NCBI GenBank assembly: GCA_021846045.1
Contig: JAJZCM010000001.1
Span: 54,457 to 118,456 of the forward strand
Direction of reading: 5' to 3'
DNA: 64,000 bases
DNA from: a bacterium
GTDB lineage: Bacteria > Elusimicrobiota > Elusimicrobia > UBA1565 > UBA9628
The translations under genes were made by a program, and so were the position numbers. Numbering within the stretch: position 1 is the stretch's first letter; each line of letters starts with the position of its first letter. The notes under the pieces were generated by a model that saw nothing but the letters and a program-made list of their open reading frames with translations, was not told the origin of the DNA and did not search any database. Shown here piece after piece: positions 8,843-17,379 of the stretch.

Positions 8843-9938
8843 AATTTGCCCGGACGATAGAGACCAGATCGTTGGTATTATCGCCCTTATCATCGAAACG
8901 AGTCATCCCGATAATTCCATCGTACTCGGTTTCCCTGAGGGTCGCGATCATTTTTTTGCGGTCAAACCCCGCTTTCTGAAAGGCCGCGAGAGATATTTTG
9001 GCCGCTTCATAGGCATAGATATCGTAGGTGCGTGGGGTGGTTTTAAATAAGGAGCGATATTGAGAGATAAAGGGATCGGCGCCGGGAAGGAAATCAACGG
9101 GAACCCCACTGATGACAAAATAGGCTCCGTTGGAAGCGGGGCCGGCGAGCTTAAATAAAGTGTCTTCCTTGGATGCTCCGCCTGAAAAAAAGGTTATACC
9201 CAGACGGTTATCACGAAGAGATTTGAGAATGTTTGCCGCTTCCGGGTAAAACCCACCGAAGAAAAGGCCCTGCGGCTTTGAAGCCTCAAGCGCGCTTATG
9301 AGCCCTGAAAGATTGGGCGGGTTGGGGGGAAGAGCGACAAATCCTAGAATTTTTCCACCTTCTTTTTTAAAATCTGAACCAAAGGCTTCTGAAAATTCCA
9401 TTCCGTAAGAGCTTTGATCGTCAACAATAAAAAACGAATGGATGCCGAGACGGGAATAAGCAAAATGAGCGGCGAATTTCGCCTGGGATAAATCAGTCGG
9501 CGGCATGCGGAAAATACTTTTTTTCCATTTCCAAGAGGGGCTTTTTTGCTGGGCGGTGAGAACGCTATTGGCGGCAGAGGGCGTGATCATGGGAATTAAG
9601 GATTCGGCGTAGACAGGAGCCGCGGCTAAGCAAGAATCCGAAGTAAAGTCTCCGATGACGGCAAAGACTTTTGGGTTTTCCGTTATTTGCCCAGCAGCCT
9701 TGACCGCTCCTTGGGGCGTTCCTTGATCGTCGTAAGCGCGGACAACGATATTCCAAGAATTTTCATCGGAATCATTGAACCCCGAAGCGGCTAATTTAAC
9801 GGCGCGGACGATGCCGCCGCCTTCGGCGCCGATAGGACCGGACAGCGGAACGGCAACGGCCAAAATGGCATTGGGTTTGGGGTTTGAGCAAGCGAGGATA
9901 ATCCCCGCGGCCAAAAGGAGCGGAAAAACTTTTCGCAT
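8811..9938 (-). CDS. periplasmic substrate-binding lipoprotein, LivK/branched-chain amino acid ABC-type (type I PBP)
   Basis: A lipoprotein signal (MRKVFPLLLAAGIILAC) is followed by a Leu/Ile/Val-binding-protein-like fold pattern. No permease or ATPase genes are adjacent. Confidence 0.65.
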   Translation of the reverse strand: MRKVFPLLLAAGIILACSNPKPNAILAVAVPLSGPIGAEGGGIVRAVKLAASGFNDSDENSWNIVVRAYDDQGTPQGAVKAAGQITENPKVFAVIGDFTSDSCLAAAPVYAESLIPMITPSAANSVLTAQQKSPSWKWKKSIFRMPPTDLSQAKFAAHFAYSRLGIHSFFIVDDQSSYGMEFSEAFGSDFKKEGGKILGFVALPPNPPNLSGLISALEASKPQGLFFGGFYPEAANILKSLRDNRLGITFFSGGASKEDTLFKLAGPASNGAYFVISGVPVDFLPGADPFISQYRSLFKTTPRTYDIYAYEAAKISLAAFQKAGFDRKKMIATLRETEYDGIIGMTRFDDKGDNTNDLVSIVRANYEKRKFEPVY

Positions 9939-9992
9939 TGGCCCTATTGTATCACTTGGCCGAAGCATAACGTCTTTCCTAGAGACGTTTCG

Positions 9993-10090
9993 GCACGCTC
10001 TCGCTTCGCGAGCAAGGAACGCAGGCGCGTGCCTAGAATCTTTCTCATAGATGCCCGCGCACGCTCTCGCTTCGCGAGCAAGGAACGCAG
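9993..10090. repeat. two identical 32-nt direct repeats (GCACGCTCTCGCTTCGCGAGCAAGGAACGCAG) separated by a 34-nt spacer; each contains a CTCGC-TTC-GCGAG hairpin
   Basis: Direct read of the intergenic region between the LivK-like gene start and the glycine-zipper gene stop. Confidence 0.7.
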
Positions 10091-10117
10091 TGAAAAGCGG
10101 TTCGTTTTAGGCTTTAG

Positions 10118-12130
10118 TCATGAGGCTGGAGACCCTGGTGGCATCGGAGATTTTGACGGCGGAAGCGCCGGTTTAGAAGGAGCCGGATTATTTTTGTCGT
10201 TTGCGGAATTTTTTGTCGAGAGCTGAGTTTTCTTAGAAGAAGATTCTTTGTTTGTTAAATAATCTCGCCCAGCGGCGATTGCAGCTCCAATAACTGCTCC
10301 CGCAGCGCTTCCTATGGCCGCCCCCGGAAGACCGCCCGTCATGGCGCCAAGGATTCCACCCGCAACTCCGACAATCGCCGATCCTTTGAGCATGTCTTTG
10401 ACGTAACTGGTCTTTTTAGGGAGGGAACTTTTGGGCTTTTCTTGTTTGGCCGCGTGGTTTTTTTGGATTGAAGGTTTCCGCATTTTGGAGTTACCCGCAG
10501 TTTTTTTAGAAGGAGTTTGGTTGGGCGTGACCGCTGCCGAAGGCCCGCTCTGCGATAGTGCAGAATCCGACTTATTCTGGGCGAGCTGATTGCCAATTGC
10601 GTTACCGTACGCCATTGTTTTTTGTTTGTTCAAACCGAACGTATCTTTCGGCGTTGGTTGTGGAGATGTGGTGGCGAGGATGCCTCCAGCGGCGATTGCA
10701 GCTCCAATAACTGCTCCCGCGGCGCTTCCTATGGCCGCCCCCGGAAGACCGCCCGTCATGGCGCCAAGGATTCCACCCGCAACTCCGACAATCGCCGCCC
10801 CTTTGAGCATGTCTTTGACGTAGCTGGTCTTTTTAGGGAGGGAACTTTTGGGCTTTTCTTGTTTGGCCGCGTGGTTTTTTGGGGCGGCTTTGTGATGAAT
10901 TGAAGGTTTCCGCATTTTGGAGTTGCCCGCAGTTTTTTTAGAAGGAGTTTGGTTGGGCGTGACCACTGCCGAAGGCCCGCTCTGCGATAGTGCAGAATCC
11001 GACTTATTCTGGGCGAGCTGATTGCCAATTGCGTTACCGTACGCCATTGTTTTTTGTTTGTTCAAACCGAACGTATCTTTCGGCGTTGGTTGTGGAGATG
11101 TGGTGGCGAGGATGCCTTCTGAATTGGGAGAAGACGCAATCGGCGCGGGGGGCTGGAGAGGCTTGGACGGCCCGCCATTGCTTAGGGGGCCAGCTGCAAG
11201 CCCGATTCCGGCTCCAAGGACGGCGGCGGTGATGATCAATCCTGGGGCGGCTCCAAATCCCGTGACCATCAGTCCCGCGGCCAAACCCAAAAGAAGGCCG
11301 GTGGCTATGCGGGAAGTGGCGATATAGTGGCCGACTTTATTAATTCCACCCCAAAGTTTAGCGAAAAAACCGGGTTTTGATTTCTTGGGTTTGTCGGACG
11401 GCGCTTTAGGCGCCGGCGGTGCGGCCACTGGTTTATTAACGTCTTGAGTGAAAGGATTTTGGTTGGAGGTTTGAGATTTCCCACTGGAAGGCGGCGCTGA
11501 TGGGGTTGTGGGGGTTCCTCCAGATGCGTTGGCTTGGCCTTGGGTTTGAGTGGCGAGATTTCCCATTCCTTTTGTTGGTGGGGGCGTCGGGGTTCCTTGA
11601 GCGGCGGTGGATTTGGCAGCTTGGCGGGCTGAACCCATTGCCGCCGACCCTGCGACTTTCTGGTTCAGGGCTTGTCTTCCTTCATTACCCATTCCTGAAT
11701 TGGCTGGATTGGGAGTTGGTCTGGCAATGGAGTCATCCAATTTTTTTTTCTCAGCCGCCGTGGGTTTATATTGTGCAAGAGCCCAAAGAGGAGAACCGGG
11801 CGCGTATTCGGTTATAATGGGCCAGTGATTGGTTATATTGACATTCCTCAGAACCATTCCATGCTTACCAGTTCCTTGAAGAATCGCTTGAGCAAATTTG
11901 CGGCGCGCTTGATTGTCAGCGGCCTCTAGGGCCAATGACTTATCATCCACGCGGGAGACGGAACCGCAGGCATAATAAATGTCCCCTTTCGGATGGATCA
12001 AATGTTTCGGGGATTTTATGCATTCCTGCATTAAGTCATTCGGTGTTGGATTTGCCCAAGAGCTGACTGGAAACAGGCCTAGAGCTAAAATCGGAAAAAC
12101 CGTGGAGATAATCGCGAGTTTCAGTTTCAT
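10118..12130 (-). CDS. secreted low-complexity glycine-zipper repeat protein (N-terminal globular domain, P/T/S/Q-rich linkers, repeated GxxxG membrane-like segments)
   Basis: Signal peptide MKLKLAIISTVFPILALGLFPVSSWA, then a ~100-aa globular domain, then a long compositionally biased region with two ~139-aa near-identical repeats. Each repeat ends in GAAIVGVAGGILGAMTGGLPGAAIGSAAGAVIGAAIAAGG. Start set at the Met preceding the signal peptide. Confidence 0.6.
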   Translation of the reverse strand: MKLKLAIISTVFPILALGLFPVSSWANPTPNDLMQECIKSPKHLIHPKGDIYYACGSVSRVDDKSLALEAADNQARRKFAQAILQGTGKHGMVLRNVNITNHWPIITEYAPGSPLWALAQYKPTAAEKKKLDDSIARPTPNPANSGMGNEGRQALNQKVAGSAAMGSARQAAKSTAAQGTPTPPPTKGMGNLATQTQGQANASGGTPTTPSAPPSSGKSQTSNQNPFTQDVNKPVAAPPAPKAPSDKPKKSKPGFFAKLWGGINKVGHYIATSRIATGLLLGLAAGLMVTGFGAAPGLIITAAVLGAGIGLAAGPLSNGGPSKPLQPPAPIASSPNSEGILATTSPQPTPKDTFGLNKQKTMAYGNAIGNQLAQNKSDSALSQSGPSAVVTPNQTPSKKTAGNSKMRKPSIHHKAAPKNHAAKQEKPKSSLPKKTSYVKDMLKGAAIVGVAGGILGAMTGGLPGAAIGSAAGAVIGAAIAAGGILATTSPQPTPKDTFGLNKQKTMAYGNAIGNQLAQNKSDSALSQSGPSAAVTPNQTPSKKTAGNSKMRKPSIQKNHAAKQEKPKSSLPKKTSYVKDMLKGSAIVGVAGGILGAMTGGLPGAAIGSAAGAVIGAAIAAGRDYLTNKESSSKKTQLSTKNSANDKNNPAPSKPALPPSKSPMPPGSPAS
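10268..11103. repeat. near-perfect tandem duplication, ~417-bp unit x2 (one 18-nt indel), inside the glycine-zipper gene
   Basis: Units 10268-10685 and 10686-11103 are almost identical at the nucleotide level. The antisense shadow ORFs 10339..10596 and 10756..11028 are 95% identical. Confidence 0.85.
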
Positions 12131-12256
12131 TATTGGCGCCTCCCGCCTTCGCCTTATAAATGTAATCCCATCCCCGCGTCCTGTCAAGGGCCTTTTTAAT
12201 TTTTTACTAATTTTTTACTTTTCAAGTGGGGCTGAGAATTTGTAACTTTACAACAC

Positions 12257-13909
12257 ATGGAACGATGGACAATTAAGGAAGACCCTAACGCCGCGGACCC
12301 GCAACGCCACTCCCTTCTCATCGCGGGAGATAAATCGGATTTGCAGAAAATTATTAAAAAATTCGGCAAACTGTGCGGACGTCCGACCACAATGGGCGCT
12401 TCCGGCGACTATAATCTGTGTCTGCCGCTTCATCATTTGACCGAGAAAATTCAGAAAGAACTTGGGGAGTTTTTAGATTTGATGACGCCGCAAAAGCCCG
12501 TTTCCAAGGCCGTGAAGGAATCAGAGCCTCAAGAACCTGCGGTTTCGGCCCTTGAATATCCAACACCTCAGGAATCGCCAAAAGAAGAGTCTTTGCCCAC
12601 TCCAGGATTAGAGCTTGAAGTTTCTCCCGCGCCGCAACCGGAAGAGCCAAAGAAAGAAATTCCAGTTATTGAGACCGCGCCTTCGGCTTTGCCGCCCTTG
12701 GAGTCCTTGGCGACCCCGGCGGTGATTCCGGATCCTTTGAAGAATTTGGAAACTCTCAAAATCGGCTCCCATAATCGTTTCGCCCATGCGGCGGCAATTT
12801 CCGTCGCCGACGCCCCCGGGTCCATGTATAATCCACTTTTTATTTACGGGCCTCCGGGTTCGGGAAAAACACATTTGTCCCATGCCTTGGCCCAGGAAAT
12901 ATCAAAAAATCTGGGTGAAAATACCGTTTTATTGACTTCAGGCTGGAAACTGTCGGCGTCCACGGTTTCTGCCTCCAATGCGGCCCATTCCCTTTGGTGG
13001 GATAAAATGTCCGCGCATTTCAAAGTCATGATTATTGATGACCTTCACTTAATGGCTTTGACTGAGCAAAATCAGGGATTGATTGAGAAGATGATTTCCC
13101 AGTTTTTATCGGAAGGACGCCAACTGGTGGTCACCGCCGTTTATCCTCCCAAGGCATTGGAGTCTCTGGCCCAAAGGCTTAAGATTTCTTTTACGGCGGC
13201 GCAGGCTTCTTCCTTTGAAATGAAGCCCGCGCCGCCGTCTATCTCGATGGAGGAGTTCAATGACTTTATTCGAGGGAAAGATTTAAATGTGTCCGAAGAA
13301 GAATCAAAAATGCTGCTAGAGCGACTGTCCGCATTTCCTTTGGAGGCTCATTTGTGGGCTCGGCGGTTAGTTCGTTTTCTGGATTTGGGCGTTTCGTTGG
13401 GACAGAGTCCTAAAATCAAGGCATTATTGCCGGCGCTTTTTGATCTTGCATTGCCGGAAGAGGCGAAGGCGCTTCCGGATCCGTCCGACATGGCGAAGGT
13501 CAGCCATTTCCTTTTTCCAAAGGCCAAGGCGGAATCCTTGCCCATTACCTGGTTTTTCCCTAAAGGTTCGGATTCGATGGTCGCATGGGCGCAAATGATG
13601 TTTTTTCAATCCATGGCCGATATGGGAATTTCGCGTTCCTATCGAAACCTTCCGCCGCAGCCGTATGACCCCTCCCAGCCGCTGGGCCTTCCGTTTAAAA
13701 TCGGGGAAATCTGCCGGAGATTGTCTCCGAGAGCCGTGGTCCTTTTGGGGCCGCCTCCACAAACTCCATTGGGAGAAAGAGAGACCGAATGGATTCATGC
13801 GACGCGGCATGTTTTAGGAGCTATGGGAGTTGCGTCTGCGCATATTCCCTTTCAAGGAACTAAAGTCTACGCTTATTTCTTGAGGGCTCATCTGGACATG
13901 ATGCCATGA
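12257..13909 (+). CDS. DnaA-like AAA+ ATPase paralog (domain III only; no DnaA domain IV)
   Basis: SHNRFAHAAAISVADAPGSMYNPLFIYGPPGSGKTHLSHA matches the DnaA/Hda domain-III N-terminal region and Walker A. The Walker B/sensor region MIIDDLHLMA...LVVTAVYPPK is present. A P/E-rich N-terminal linker and a ~200-aa C-terminal extension lack the DnaA-box-binding signature. Confidence 0.6.
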   Translation: MERWTIKEDPNAADPQRHSLLIAGDKSDLQKIIKKFGKLCGRPTTMGASGDYNLCLPLHHLTEKIQKELGEFLDLMTPQKPVSKAVKESEPQEPAVSALEYPTPQESPKEESLPTPGLELEVSPAPQPEEPKKEIPVIETAPSALPPLESLATPAVIPDPLKNLETLKIGSHNRFAHAAAISVADAPGSMYNPLFIYGPPGSGKTHLSHALAQEISKNLGENTVLLTSGWKLSASTVSASNAAHSLWWDKMSAHFKVMIIDDLHLMALTEQNQGLIEKMISQFLSEGRQLVVTAVYPPKALESLAQRLKISFTAAQASSFEMKPAPPSISMEEFNDFIRGKDLNVSEEESKMLLERLSAFPLEAHLWARRLVRFLDLGVSLGQSPKIKALLPALFDLALPEEAKALPDPSDMAKVSHFLFPKAKAESLPITWFFPKGSDSMVAWAQMMFFQSMADMGISRSYRNLPPQPYDPSQPLGLPFKIGEICRRLSPRAVVLLGPPPQTPLGERETEWIHATRHVLGAMGVASAHIPFQGTKVYAYFLRAHLDMMP

Positions 13910-15330
13910 GCTTGGGAATTCTAAAAGATATCGCCTGGCTCGGCGCCGGATTTGTTTTAGGAGCGGGCGGGTCCTTGTTTTTGAGGGAAACTTTTTATAA
14001 AGACGAATTGGATTCCCAGGGTTTAAAAGAAGAATTAACGGAAACTCAAGTCCGCCTTGACGCGAAATCCCGAGAAATTAAAACCCTTCAAGATACCGTA
14101 CGATCCGCCGCTTCTCCTACGGATTTGACGGCGGCGCTGGCGGGAATCGTTTCGATCGTGACTCGGCACATGGAAGTGGATTTGGTCGCCTTTTTACTCT
14201 TGGATGAAGCCTCCCAGGAATTGGTCACTCGGCCCGGGGCTTACGGCCTTGAGAAGGAGGAGCAGATTTACAAAATATCGCTGATGGATGAAAACGCTTC
14301 CTCGGTTCGGGTTTTTAAGACAGGGAAGCCTTTCGTCGCGGGAGACGCTCAAGCCGACCCCGGCGTCATCACGCATTACGCCAAATTATGGGATATTCGC
14401 TCTTTAATCGTCGTTCCGGTCAGCAAACAAGGGCATTCCTGGGGTGTGATGCGGGTTGGTAGCCGCAAGCCTTATGCGTTTACCCAAGAGCATGTGGATC
14501 TGATGGGAGCAATTGCCGAGGATGCGGCGATTATCATTGAGATGTCGGTTCTAAATCAGCAATTACTTTCGGATAGGGAACAATTAAGGGCCTTAAGCCG
14601 TATGAAAGATGAGTTCGTTTCAACCGTCAGCCATGAGTTTAAGACGCCGCTGACAACGCTGGCGGGTTTTTTGGGGCTCATGCTGGAAGGGGAAATCGGC
14701 CCCGTCAGCGAGGATCAAAGACGATTTATGGTGATGGCTAAAAACGCGGTAGAGAGGCTTTCGAACATGGTTTCTGATTTATTAGACATTTCCCGACTTG
14801 AATCGGACATGAAAATGGAGCTGAAGCGTTTTTCTCTAACCCCATCGCTCTCTTCTATTATTGAAGCTCACAACCTTGAAGCGACGGCGGCCAAAAAGGA
14901 AATTCATCTCGATTCTCCCAAGAATTTGCCGGAAGCCCTCGCCGACCCAAAATGGATTTCGGTCGTCGCTGAGAATTTGATATCGAATGCGCTGAAATTT
15001 ACCAAACCGGGCGGACGCATCAGCGTTTCCGTTTTTAATAAAGGAGATTGCATCGAGACGATTATTGAAGATGACGGCATCGGCCTTCCACAAGAGGCGC
15101 TCTCCCATATCTTTGAAAAATTTTACCGGGCTTCAAACGCGCGGGAATTGAATATCTCGGGGACCGGCCTTGGCCTTGCGATATCAAAAAAAATTATCGA
15201 TTTACACGGCGGACGTTTATGGCTTGAGTCTTCCTTGGGAAAAGGAACGAAAGCTCATTTCGTCATTTATTCTGTCAACCGTTATGGCGGCCCCGGCCAA
15301 AACAGAACGGAAACAATGCAGGAGGCTTAA
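13906..15330 (+). CDS. GAF-domain sensor histidine kinase
   Basis: One N-terminal TM helix, a GAF-like region, the HisKA motif VSHEFKTPLTTLAGF, and HATPase_c (G-box GTGLGLAISKKII). It starts with an ATGA overlap onto the upstream gene. Confidence 0.85.
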   Translation: MSLGILKDIAWLGAGFVLGAGGSLFLRETFYKDELDSQGLKEELTETQVRLDAKSREIKTLQDTVRSAASPTDLTAALAGIVSIVTRHMEVDLVAFLLLDEASQELVTRPGAYGLEKEEQIYKISLMDENASSVRVFKTGKPFVAGDAQADPGVITHYAKLWDIRSLIVVPVSKQGHSWGVMRVGSRKPYAFTQEHVDLMGAIAEDAAIIIEMSVLNQQLLSDREQLRALSRMKDEFVSTVSHEFKTPLTTLAGFLGLMLEGEIGPVSEDQRRFMVMAKNAVERLSNMVSDLLDISRLESDMKMELKRFSLTPSLSSIIEAHNLEATAAKKEIHLDSPKNLPEALADPKWISVVAENLISNALKFTKPGGRISVSVFNKGDCIETIIEDDGIGLPQEALSHIFEKFYRASNARELNISGTGLGLAISKKIIDLHGGRLWLESSLGKGTKAHFVIYSVNRYGGPGQNRTETMQEA

Positions 15331-15331
15331 T

Positions 15332-16882
15332 ATGTTAGCTCATGTCAGTTCTATGGGACTGCGCGGCATTGAAAGTTATCCCGTTTTGGTCGAACTTGAT
15401 TTATCCAACGGACTTCCGGGGTATACAACGGTCGGCCTGCCCGATGACGCGGTTCGGGAGTCGCGGGATAGAGTCATTTCGGCGGTTAGAAACTGCGGCT
15501 TTAATCTTCCGCAAAAGAGAATTACCGTTAATTTGGCTCCGGGACAATCGCGAAAGGAAGGTAGCCATTTTGATTTGCCTATAGCCTTGGCCCTCTTGAC
15601 GGCTTCAGGACAAATTGAGTCGGAGAGTTGGGAGGGAAAATACTGCTGCATCGGGGAATTGGCTTTAGATGGGACGATGCGTCCGGTTCGAGGCGCTCTA
15701 TCGATGGCCATGAGGGCGCGGCAGGAAGGGTTTAAAGCCATGATTGTTCCCAAGGCAAACGCCGCGGAGGCGAGAGCGGTCGGTATTGACGTAATTCCGG
15801 GCGCCACCTTAAGGGAAATCGTGGATTTTCTCAGCGCCCCTGAATTATCCCAAAGAGATTTTGCTTTTTCAGACCCCTTTGAGGATGTCTTTCCCGCGCA
15901 AAAAGAGGAGAGAAGTCTGGAAGACATGGCGGATGTCAAGGGACAGGTTTTGGCAAAAAGAGCAGCGGAGATTGCGGCCGCCGGCTTTCACAACTTGATT
16001 GTGATGGGGCCTCCGGGAATTGGAAAGTCAATGCTGGCCCGCCGCCTGCCCGGAATTTTGCCACCCATGAGCCGGGGAGAAATTTTAGAGGTGACGCGCA
16101 TTCATTCGGCAAGATCGAAAGAAGGTTCCGGCCTTGTCGCTCGGAGACCCTTTAGGGACCCGCATCACAGCGCCTCTTTGGTTTCCCTAGTGGGCGGCGG
16201 GCCGGGGGTTAAGCCTGGAGAAGTTTCCCTGGCGCATGGAGGAGTTCTCTTCCTAGATGAAGTCCTTGAATTCAACAGGACCGCCTTGGAATCTTTGCGT
16301 CAGCCTCTGTCGGATTTTAAAATTACGATCTCAAGGGCTAAGGACTGCGTGGAATATCCCGCGCGCTTCATTTTGGTCGCGGCGCTCAACCCTTGTCCCT
16401 GCGGGTTTAGGGGACATCCGACCAAACCTTGCATCTGCAGTCCCAAGGCCGTTTCAAGTTACCTTTCCCGAGTTTCAGGGCCTTTGCTTGACCGAATCGA
16501 TCTTCAGGTTGAAATGTCTCCCCTTGACTTTTCCGATTGGGCCGCTCAAACTAACAGGATGCCTGAATCTTCCGCTGAAATTAGAAAGCGGGTCGTTTGC
16601 GCCCGCCAAAAGCAGCAAGAACGGTTGGGCAGAGAAGACTTCGCGGCAAACGCCTACTTAACGCAAGGCGAAATCAAACGGCATTGCGTTCTTTCCTCCA
16701 GCGCCCTGGACGCTTTGAGGCAAGCCGCTCAGAAATTTGACCTATCGGCTCGGGGTCTGGACCGTGTTCTCAAGGTTTCTCGCACGATTGCGGATTTGGA
16801 GGACTCTGATTCCATTGAGATAAGACACATAGCCGAGGCCATGAATTACCGGGCTTTGGATAAAGAGAGGAATTCCTTATGA
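15332..16882 (+). CDS. comM: Mg-chelatase-like AAA+ ATPase ComM/YifB
   Basis: N-terminal Lon-like/ChlI domain (SMGLRGIESYPVLVELD), Walker A GPPGIGKSML and a C-terminal MgChelatase_C region. GGAGG RBS at 15321-15325. Confidence 0.85.
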   Translation: MLAHVSSMGLRGIESYPVLVELDLSNGLPGYTTVGLPDDAVRESRDRVISAVRNCGFNLPQKRITVNLAPGQSRKEGSHFDLPIALALLTASGQIESESWEGKYCCIGELALDGTMRPVRGALSMAMRARQEGFKAMIVPKANAAEARAVGIDVIPGATLREIVDFLSAPELSQRDFAFSDPFEDVFPAQKEERSLEDMADVKGQVLAKRAAEIAAAGFHNLIVMGPPGIGKSMLARRLPGILPPMSRGEILEVTRIHSARSKEGSGLVARRPFRDPHHSASLVSLVGGGPGVKPGEVSLAHGGVLFLDEVLEFNRTALESLRQPLSDFKITISRAKDCVEYPARFILVAALNPCPCGFRGHPTKPCICSPKAVSSYLSRVSGPLLDRIDLQVEMSPLDFSDWAAQTNRMPESSAEIRKRVVCARQKQQERLGREDFAANAYLTQGEIKRHCVLSSSALDALRQAAQKFDLSARGLDRVLKVSRTIADLEDSDSIEIRHIAEAMNYRALDKERNSL

Positions 16883-17379
16883 AGATGCTTTTGTTTTTTT
16901 GTCTGTGGCCGTCTCAAATTCTTCATGCGCAAACCGTCTCCAGCGCTTCAATCGTTTCTAATTCGGTTGAGCAGTCCGTGATCGAAAGTTTATCGGTCTC
17001 GGAGCCGCCGGGACTGGCGGAACAATTCCCTTCGGCCAGAAGATTTAAAGCGCCTTTGAAATGGGCGGCGGACGGTTGGGTTTTAGAGAAAAAAGCGTCC
17101 GAAATAAAAGAGACCGATCAATTTCAGCTGATGAGTCCGCCCGGCGCTCGGGTGGACGCGCGTCTTAGAAAAGGGGTTCGGGTCTCCGTCAATGACCAAT
17201 TAACCATTTACCGGGCGGCTTCTCGCCATGAAAAAGACTTAGACGTCCATGCGCGCTATTTGTTTAAAGTCGGAACGGCCAAGGTCGTCAAGATTCTCGG
17301 CCCTTCCCGCTGCCAAATCAAGATTGAAATTGCCAACGGCGCAGTTGAAGACGGGGATCTGATTAAAAAGGATTGGTGA
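16879..17379 (+). CDS. hypothetical secreted protein
   Basis: Signal-peptide-like N-terminus, no recognisable motif. Sits between comM and dprA. Confidence 0.4.
   Translation: MKMLLFFCLWPSQILHAQTVSSASIVSNSVEQSVIESLSVSEPPGLAEQFPSARRFKAPLKWAADGWVLEKKASEIKETDQFQLMSPPGARVDARLRKGVRVSVNDQLTIYRAASRHEKDLDVHARYLFKVGTAKVVKILGPSRCQIKIEIANGAVEDGDLIKKDW

Noticed and set aside
9993-10090. Mini CRISPR array interpretation of the 32-nt repeat pair
   Set aside because: There are only two repeats, no cas genes in 64 kb and no leader-like AT-rich tract. I kept it as an unexplained repeat rather than calling it a CRISPR.
10339-11028. Two 85-90-aa minus-strand ORFs (10339..10596 and 10756..11028) that are 95% identical
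   Set aside because: They are antisense shadows of the 417-bp tandem duplication inside the glycine-zipper gene, not independent genes.
12188-12256. AT-rich direct repeats AATTTTTTACT x2 between the divergent glycine-zipper and DnaA-like genes
   Set aside because: Most simply a divergent promoter or UP-element region, with nothing pointing to a distinct element.
12257-13909. Calling the DnaA-like protein the chromosomal initiator dnaA, and the nearby region oriC
   Set aside because: No domain-IV signature, no dnaN, recF or gyrB neighbours, and no DnaA-box cluster adjacent to the gene.
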